Part shown: positions 1 to 5,940 of the stretch, in pieces
Position numbering within the stretch: the first letter of the stretch is position 1
Layout: every line of letters begins with the position of its first letter
From: Selaginella moellendorffii
Taxonomy: Eukaryota; Plantae; Lycopodiophyta
NCBI RefSeq assembly: GCF_000143415.4
Contig: NW_003314694.1
Span: 1-7,343 of the forward strand
DNA: 7,343 nt
Direction of reading: 5' to 3'
Position numbers and translations under genes: made by a program
The notes under the pieces: generated by a model
Database searches by the model: none
What the model was told of the DNA's origin: nothing
What the model saw: the letters and a program-made list of their open reading frames with translations, nothing else

Positions 1-11
1 CTCGAGAATTC

Positions 12-65
12 CTGCAATGGAAATGGCGTGAGGCCACATGCTATGCCACATGCAACGAGGCTTAC
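12..65 (-). other. Predicted 54-nt GT-AG intron 2 of the ParB-like gene
   Basis: Minus strand reads TGGCAG|GTAAGCC...TTTCCATTGCAG|GAATTC, with strong donor and acceptor, phase 0. It contains one palindrome copy (23-44). It is also stop-free in frame, so retention cannot be excluded. Confidence 0.7.
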
Positions 66-1244
66 CTGCCAGGCGCTAGTTGCTAGTGCACGTCCTTGTC
101 CTGGTTTTTGTGGCTTCTTCAGTTGAACCCAGAGCTTCCGTGTTCGTGCCAATGTCTCGTGCAGACCTGATTTGTAGCACGTTTCTTGCTTGACATTCTG
201 CGCGTGGGAGATGTATATAATAGATCGGAGGGGCGAGTTGCCTTTTATCAGGCGGACAACTCTTGTCTTGAAGACTTTCTTCACCTCCTCGCCCACCATA
301 ATATCCACAACTATCTCTTGCATCGCCAAGCTAGAATGCTGCCCGGAGACGGCATAGAACCGGATGTTCTGATCGTCCAACACCTTCCTATTGATCAAGT
401 CTGGAAACCTCGTCTCGCCCTTCATTGTTCGGTAGTAAGGGATCACGTCTGCGATGTCGGGTGTTACTGGACTTGCCAGCATCTTCTGCTTCAATTTCTC
501 CACCCACTCATCAGATACTAGCCTGTGGTTGTATTTGCTTTGGATGTCGATGTGGCTCACGTCGATTGTATATACTTTGTTGGAATAGTAACAAGTACTA
601 TTATCTGCGACGATTTTTGCTGCCTCTTCTTACTCTTTCTGCTCTTTGCGGCTCTTCTTTTTGGTGGGTGTAGTGTTCGAACCCGAGGCAATGGCATCAC
701 TGAGTAGCTTCTTTTTTGGAGCAGGAGAGTCGGACGTCGGCTTGAGCTTGACCACCCTTTTCTGCTTCGGGGTAGTTTCCAGATCGACCCCCTTCCCCTT
801 TGCTTCGCGAACTGGAGTCACTCTCAATGGCTCAATGTTGGAATATAGTTTTTGAACATCGCCGTAGGTGAGGTCCGTGGATTCCATGTGATCTTCATAG
901 ACCCGCAGCGTCTTTGAAATTGTGGGCCTCCTGGACAACCTCTCCCTAGCTCCCTCTAGGAATTCCTTATAGCCGCTGGCCCCCTCCGGGAAGCCGCTAG
1001 GATGTGCAAGGTGGATCTTGAAGGCAGACGCTGTCTCTACCACAAGTGCCAATCCATATTCTTGCATGGAACTGCATGGAGTGTCTGTCACTTGGATGAG
1101 GATCCCCATGCATTCTTTTCTCCCACCATCTGTGTTGTACAGCCTCAGATCCTCGCCTTCCATCCCAAAAGTCCAACTGATGAGCTCCTCCCCCTTCTCT
1201 GCATCCACATTGACAGTGGCTGGAAGAAGAACGCAATTCCTCGC

Positions 1245-1483
1245 CTGTTCAGAAATGCACAACAATTAGAGCTGATAGATGAAAAGCTAGTAGCTGGAAA
1301 TAATGTGAGGCCACACGCCATTCACCACTGCATCAGATGTCTTGAGGCTGCATCCTAAGATGGCGTGAGGCTACACGCCATCTGTAACCGGACTGCAATC
1401 GAGAGCCCAATCGGTGCATGCCAATGTTGCTACTGAATGGCATGTGGCCTCATGCCATTTTCTACTTGGCCTAAAAGACTTAC
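1245..1483 (-). other. Predicted 239-nt intron 1 of the ParB-like gene
   Basis: Minus strand donor ATG|GTAAGT at 1486-1478, branch-point-like CTAAT, and acceptor TTTCTGAACAG|GCG at 1245. Splicing gives M-A-R-N-C-V-L-L-P in frame. It contains four palindrome copies. Confidence 0.7.
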
Positions 1484-1755
1484 CATTTGAAGCCGAATGG
1501 AGGCATGACAACCGGACTCGCTGGCGAATGTGCACTGTGTGTGCAGCGGATCGTAGCAGCAAGGCTACTCTGCCACTTACAGTTGGAGAGTGGCGCTGAA
1601 ATCTCCCGGGACGCCAAGTGGGCTGCGTGTGGGTGGCGGAGTGGGCGGCGGAGTTGGCGGCGAAGTTACAAACTGGGTGTGTCTTGAAGTGGACGCCGAT
1701 GCACACGAGCGCGATGCGAGCGCGAGTGTGATGCAAGCACGAGTGGACACCGATG

Positions 1756-2605
1756 NNNNNNNNNNNNNNNNNNNNNNNNNNNNNNNNNNNNNNNNNNNNN
1801 NNNNNNNNNNNNNNNNNNNNNNNNNNNNNNNNNNNNNNNNNNNNNNNNNNNNNNNNNNNNNNNNNNNNNNNNNNNNNNNNNNNNNNNNNNNNNNNNNNNN
1901 NNNNNNNNNNNNNNNNNNNNNNNNNNNNNNNNNNNNNNNNNNNNNNNNNNNNNNNNNNNNNNNNNNNNNNNNNNNNNNNNNNNNNNNNNNNNNNNNNNNN
2001 NNNNNNNNNNNNNNNNNNNNNNNNNNNNNNNNNNNNNNNNNNNNNNNNNNNNNNNNNNNNNNNNNNNNNNNNNNNNNNNNNNNNNNNNNNNNNNNNNNNN
2101 NNNNNNNNNNNNNNNNNNNNNNNNNNNNNNNNNNNNNNNNNNNNNNNNNNNNNNNNNNNNNNNNNNNNNNNNNNNNNNNNNNNNNNNNNNNNNNNNNNNN
2201 NNNNNNNNNNNNNNNNNNNNNNNNNNNNNNNNNNNNNNNNNNNNNNNNNNNNNNNNNNNNNNNNNNNNNNNNNNNNNNNNNNNNNNNNNNNNNNNNNNNN
2301 NNNNNNNNNNNNNNNNNNNNNNNNNNNNNNNNNNNNNNNNNNNNNNNNNNNNNNNNNNNNNNNNNNNNNNNNNNNNNNNNNNNNNNNNNNNNNNNNNNNN
2401 NNNNNNNNNNNNNNNNNNNNNNNNNNNNNNNNNNNNNNNNNNNNNNNNNNNNNNNNNNNNNNNNNNNNNNNNNNNNNNNNNNNNNNNNNNNNNNNNNNNN
2501 NNNNNNNNNNNNNNNNNNNNNNNNNNNNNNNNNNNNNNNNNNNNNNNNNNNNNNNNNNNNNNNNNNNNNNNNNNNNNNNNNNNNNNNNNNNNNNNNNNNN
2601 NNNNN
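1756..2605. other. Assembly gap (850 N)
   Basis: Run of N. Confidence 1.
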
Positions 2606-2728
2606 AGGAGTTATGAAATGAAAGGACCCTCTCTATTGAAATGTGTTTATGGTCCTAGGGGCATTGTGACATATCAAATGATTTTGCATCAAGTTCTGTA
2701 TTTGCATGTTTATCAAGCTACTGAATTG

Positions 2729-2761
2729 CTAAACCCTAAACCCTAAACCCTAACCCTAAAC
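2729..2761 (+). repeat. Interstitial plant-type telomeric repeat / telo-box tract (CCCTAAA)n
   Basis: CTAAA CCCTAAA CCCTAAA CCCTAA CCCTAAA C; one unit is the 6-nt variant CCCTAA. Confidence 0.9.
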
Positions 2762-3572
2762 ATGTGGCAAATGCTGCGTGAAGAAAGATGCCCTTTCTGG
2801 GCAAATGCTGTAAGAGGCAGATTCCGAGCAGATGTATCTCAGACCAGCGAAGGGGACAAACGAAAGCTAGCTATAAACATGACGGGATGCAAATAGATTA
2901 CTAGGTTGGTCCTGCGAAAATCAAAAACCATAATTGAAAACATTGAAAATGCAAAAAGAAAGGTTTATAATATTTTTGAATTTTAAGCAACCAAATGAAT
3001 GTAAGTAGGGCATGTGTTTGTAAGTTTAAAAATGCCTTAACCACTTAAATTCCCAAGTAAATAAAGCTGTTTCTATTTTTGGTACAGGTAAACTTTATAG
3101 CGTGTGGGCTCATGCAATTTTGAACCCAAAAATGCACCAAAAAATGCTCGACTAGCATTATTCTTTGAATGGCGTGTGGCCTTATATTGCCATAAATGGA
3201 CGTACACACACAGCATAATTATTCCTTTACACGGCGAATAATCTTGGCGCGGATCACTGACATGGCATGGCAAAGTTTGAATCATTGACATGGCACAGCT
3301 GGATCGAGGCAAGGACATGATGTGACAAAGTTCAACCTCCGACAGCAAAGTCTAGAAGCTACTCAGTTTGAAATTTGTCAGAGGAATCATAAGATCTGGT
3401 TTGTCAGAGGATTTGATGTGACGTTCAAGCGTGTGTTATTTTTGAATTCTCGAACTCATTCCTAGGTCTATCATTTTTGTGCGCCGTGTTCTTGGTTCCG
3501 CTGAGCGCAGTGAGCGCTGCTTGTGTAAGCGGCGTTGTGAGCTGTGGTTTATGTGTCTACAAGCGGTTGCGG

Positions 3573-3689
3573 CATTGCGAGCGCCATTGCGAGCGGCAGT
3601 TTATGCGAGTGGCAGTTTGTGCGAGCGGCGCTACAACCAGTTGCGGTGTTGCGAGCGGCGCTACGAGTAGTTGCGGTGTTGCGAGCGGC
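3573..3689 (+). repeat. GC-rich minisatellite built on a TGCGAGYGGC core; two 30-bp units (3621-3650, 3651-3680) plus a partial, preceded by shorter related units
   Basis: GCGAGCGGCGCTACAACCAGTTGCGGTGTT / GCGAGCGGCGCTACGAGTAGTTGCGGTGTT / GCGAGCGGC. Upstream are CATTGCGAGCG twice and TGCGAGYGGCAGTTT twice. Confidence 0.85.
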
Positions 3690-3882
3690 ACTGTCTTTGG
3701 TGAGGCTACCGCTTGCTCTTGATATTCGGCACATGAGCTTACCTGGTATGTTCGCCATGGAATGGTTTAGGACCACATTTAGAAATGGCTTGAGGTAACA
3801 TGCCGTCTTGGGCCCTTGCAATTTCATGGCTAGCGTATTGTCATGTATGTTTTTACTTGCCTGCAGCTGTGTGTATATCAAG

Positions 3883-4147
3883 ATGGCATGAGGCCTCATG
3901 CCATCTTTGGCCCCTACTAGCCTATTGCCATATTCCTNNNNNNNNNNNNNNNNNNNNNNNNNNNNNNNNNNNNNNNNNNNNNNNNNNNNNNNNNNNNNNN
4001 NNNNNNNNNNNNNNNNNNNNNNNNNNNNNNNNNNNNNTTGTATGGGTGACTAGTCACGCACACAAAAATATATACAGTTGCAGCAAGGCAAAAGGAATAT
4101 AGCAACAGGCTAGCAGGGGCCAAAGATAGCGTGAGGCCTCATGCCAT
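3883..4147. repeat. 55-bp inverted repeat arms (3883-3937 and 4093-4147) flanking the 100-N gap
   Basis: Left arm ATGGCATGAGGCCTCATGCCATCTTTGGCCCCTACTAGCCTATTGCCATATTCCT. Reverse complement of right arm ATGGCATGAGGCCTCACGCTATCTTTGGCCCCTGCTAGCCTGTTGCTATATTCCT. 50/55 identical. Confidence 0.85.
3938..4037. other. Assembly gap (100 N, probably arbitrary size)
   Basis: Run of exactly 100 N. Confidence 1.
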
Positions 4148-4172
4148 TAGTGGTACCACTAATGGCATGAGG
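4137..4172. repeat. Perfect 36-bp palindrome joining two repeat copies
   Basis: CCTCATGCCATTAGTGGTACCACTAATGGCATGAGG is its own reverse complement. It extends imperfectly to 4126-4183. Confidence 0.95.
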
Positions 4173-4335
4173 GCTCATGCCAATTTTGTGAATGCGAAAT
4201 TTCACGTGGGTGTCAATAGCATGTTTGAATAATGGCATGTGGCCTCATGCTATTGAGGTTGTTTGGTATGTTATGATTTAGGCCATTCTCCAATCATTTT
4301 TTGTATGGTCTTAACTTCTTTTCTGCACTTTCAGA

Positions 4336-5940
4336 ATGGCCTTCAGGGTTGGGGAAAAGGTTTACATTTTGAATGGTGGGAAGAGAGTTGCAAAAGGAAC
4401 CCTTGTGTCTATGGATCGGAACTTTGTTATACACTGTCAAAGGCTTGGGGAAGGCAATGCTGCTGTATCAGTAGAGACTGTCTTCGATGGGAATGTGGTC
4501 GCTATTGAACGAGGAGAGATGGTCGTCGGGGTAAATGTTGTTGTTGCCTTGAAAAATCTTCAGAAGAAAGCAGATGTTGGGGACAGCGCAAGTGCGACGC
4601 ATGTTCCCTCCGTGGATCTTAAGAACCGTGCTACATGGATTCAGGCAAAGGTGTTTCTAAACAACCCCGAGGGGGAGATGGTAGCTGAGGGCTTAGCCAC
4701 AGTTGTCGATCCAAGAGATGCGGTTGCTAATCAAGAATTGGGCTGGGATGATATTGGAGTTGCGATTTTAGAGGTTGTTGACACAGAAGAAAACAGTCTG
4801 ACTATTGGAAGCATTGTGCGGTGGAAATTGAGGCACTTAGTGTTTGAGAATGTGAAGGATTCACAATCAAACACCACTACAACTGATGACAGAACATCTC
4901 TTCATGGGAAAAGAAAGTACACCTTCCTAAAGCGCAGCCAAAGGGATCTGAGCAACGAACCGAAAAGGCAGAAAATGGCGATGGAGGTTCAAATGGTCTC
5001 GACAGTTGCTTGTTGCAAGAGGAGGTGCTGTCAACATACTGATTGGGATGCTATTGAAGAGGAGAGAGCAAGATACAAGACATTGTCCTGGAAGGCAGCT
5101 CGCAATTTTGTGTATGAGGCATTACGGTCATCTGTTGATGCTTCAGAACATCAGGTGGGGGGCATGGTCTTCCAGAGGGGTTTGGTCTGCATGAAGGCAT
5201 GGAGAATCATTTATGGAGTCCCTCGAAGCACATTCTACAGAATCAAAACTGAGTTCGAGGAACAAAGGGTTCAACAGGCAGTCCATGGGAACGACGGTAC
5301 GCACAAAACCAGGGGTCATGTTTTATATGGAGAGGCAATCTTCAAGAGGTTTGTCGAGACATGTAGCGAGCAGCAACCACATAAAACCCGCCTCTTGGAA
5401 GATGGAACACGAGACACCCAACGAGTTCTCCCTTCCATGTATACCAAGGGGGCCATATTGGAAGATGTGAATCGGGAACTCCAGAGTAATGGCTACAGGA
5501 AGCTGAGCCAATCTAGATTTAGTAGATTGTGGAGCAACAGGTTCAGGGATGTGAGTATAGGAAAGTACTCCAGCTTTTCAAAGTGTGACGAGTGCACTGC
5601 TATCAAAATGGCTTTGTCGAAGAATTCTTGCAGCGCTCAAGAGCGAGAGACGTTGGTTAGAAGGCGGCTCGACCACAACATCGAGCAGAGAAGCTGCAGG
5701 ACTGCATATTATCATAACAGGATTCTCTCCATGGAGAGACCTGACTCTTACCTCTGCATCATCCACGACAAAATGGACCAGAAAAAGACGTGCTTACCTC
5801 GACTCAATCCTGCCCCCAAGGCAATCTCTTCATCCATGCAGCTGCCTGTGTCTCTGTTTGGCATAATCGCTCATGGGCATGGTGCCCAGAACTATGGGAA
5901 CTTCTTTGTACCTCTATGGGTGGCGGGGGTGCAAACATGA
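4336..5940 (+). CDS. Transposase-like protein (DUF7869/Sola-like), N-terminal part: two Tnp1/En/Spm-like domains, Cys-rich/HTH region, CxxC, first catalytic Asp; truncated by frameshift
   Basis: 534-aa ORF. Motifs: CCKRRCC (5011-5031), VCMKAWRIIYGVPRSTFYR, FSRLWSNRFRDVSI, FSKCDEC (CxxC 5584-5595), YLCIIHDKMDQKKTCLP (D at 5767-5769), GIIAHGHG. These resemble DUF7869/Sola-type transposases by recognition; no search was run. Confidence 0.8.
   Translation: MAFRVGEKVYILNGGKRVAKGTLVSMDRNFVIHCQRLGEGNAAVSVETVFDGNVVAIERGEMVVGVNVVVALKNLQKKADVGDSASATHVPSVDLKNRATWIQAKVFLNNPEGEMVAEGLATVVDPRDAVANQELGWDDIGVAILEVVDTEENSLTIGSIVRWKLRHLVFENVKDSQSNTTTTDDRTSLHGKRKYTFLKRSQRDLSNEPKRQKMAMEVQMVSTVACCKRRCCQHTDWDAIEEERARYKTLSWKAARNFVYEALRSSVDASEHQVGGMVFQRGLVCMKAWRIIYGVPRSTFYRIKTEFEEQRVQQAVHGNDGTHKTRGHVLYGEAIFKRFVETCSEQQPHKTRLLEDGTRDTQRVLPSMYTKGAILEDVNRELQSNGYRKLSQSRFSRLWSNRFRDVSIGKYSSFSKCDECTAIKMALSKNSCSAQERETLVRRRLDHNIEQRSCRTAYYHNRILSMERPDSYLCIIHDKMDQKKTCLPRLNPAPKAISSSMQLPVSLFGIIAHGHGAQNYGNFFVPLWVAGVQT

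Larger units (their letters stand above)
1..1486 (-). pseudogene. Spliced gene for a ParB/Sulfiredoxin-like domain protein with a premature stop. Predicted exons: ..1486-1484 (ATG), 1244-66, 11-<1; 3' end outside window
   Basis: The frame of ORF 630..1265 continues past TAA (632-630) with no further stop to 66: ...KEQKE*EEAAKIVADNSTCYYSNKVYTIDVSHIDIQSKYNHRLVSDEWVEKLKQKMLASPVTPDIADVIPYYRTMKGETRFPDLINRKVLDDQNIRFYAVSGQHSSLAMQEIVVDIMVGEEVKKVFKTRVVRLIKGNSPLRSIIYISHAQNVKQETCYKSGLHETLARTRKLWVQLKKPQKPGQGRALATSAWQ. The pattern N-x-R...V-x-x-L...P...FYAVSGQH..A...V.LI...S..QN matches the ParB/Srx N-terminal fold layout. Exon 1244-66 is 1179 nt with phase-0 splice sites at both ends. Confidence 0.7.
3746..4334 (+). 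other. Predicted 5'-UTR intron of the transposase gene (acceptor strong, donor tentative; spans the 100-N gap)
   Basis: Acceptor CTTAAC-TTCTTTTCTGCACTTTCAG|A-ATG ends at 4334, one base before ATG 4336. Candidate donor CTG|GTATGT at 3746. It contains five palindrome copies. Confidence 0.5.

Noticed and set aside
186-1358. Plus-strand short ORFs over the left gene
   Set aside because: Antisense to the ParB-like gene, whose frame is supported by motifs and phase-compatible splice sites.
1300-1458. CRISPR-like array reading of the palindrome clusters
   Set aside because: Spacing is irregular, copies are degenerate and dispersed over 6 kb, no cas genes are present and the context is eukaryotic.
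1590-2621. ORFs 1590..2621 and 1753..2616
   Set aside because: Artefacts of translating through the N gap.
3477-3899. Several short ORFs over the GC-rich minisatellite
   Set aside because: Open in many frames because of repeat composition; no evidence for coding.
3800-4123. ORFs 3800..4102 and 3917..4123
   Set aside because: They span the 100-N gap and are made of palindromic repeat sequence.
3883-4147. Inverted arms as the terminal inverted repeats of the transposon
   Set aside because: They do not enclose the transposase, no TSD is evident, and a third tandem copy lies alongside.
4200-4208. TTTCACGTG resembling part of bacterial parS or a G-box
   Set aside because: Single partial match lacking the right arm; expected by chance.
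5915-5940. Programmed -1 ribosomal frameshift
   Set aside because: No canonical X XXY YYZ slippery heptamer is evident; mutation or error is simpler.
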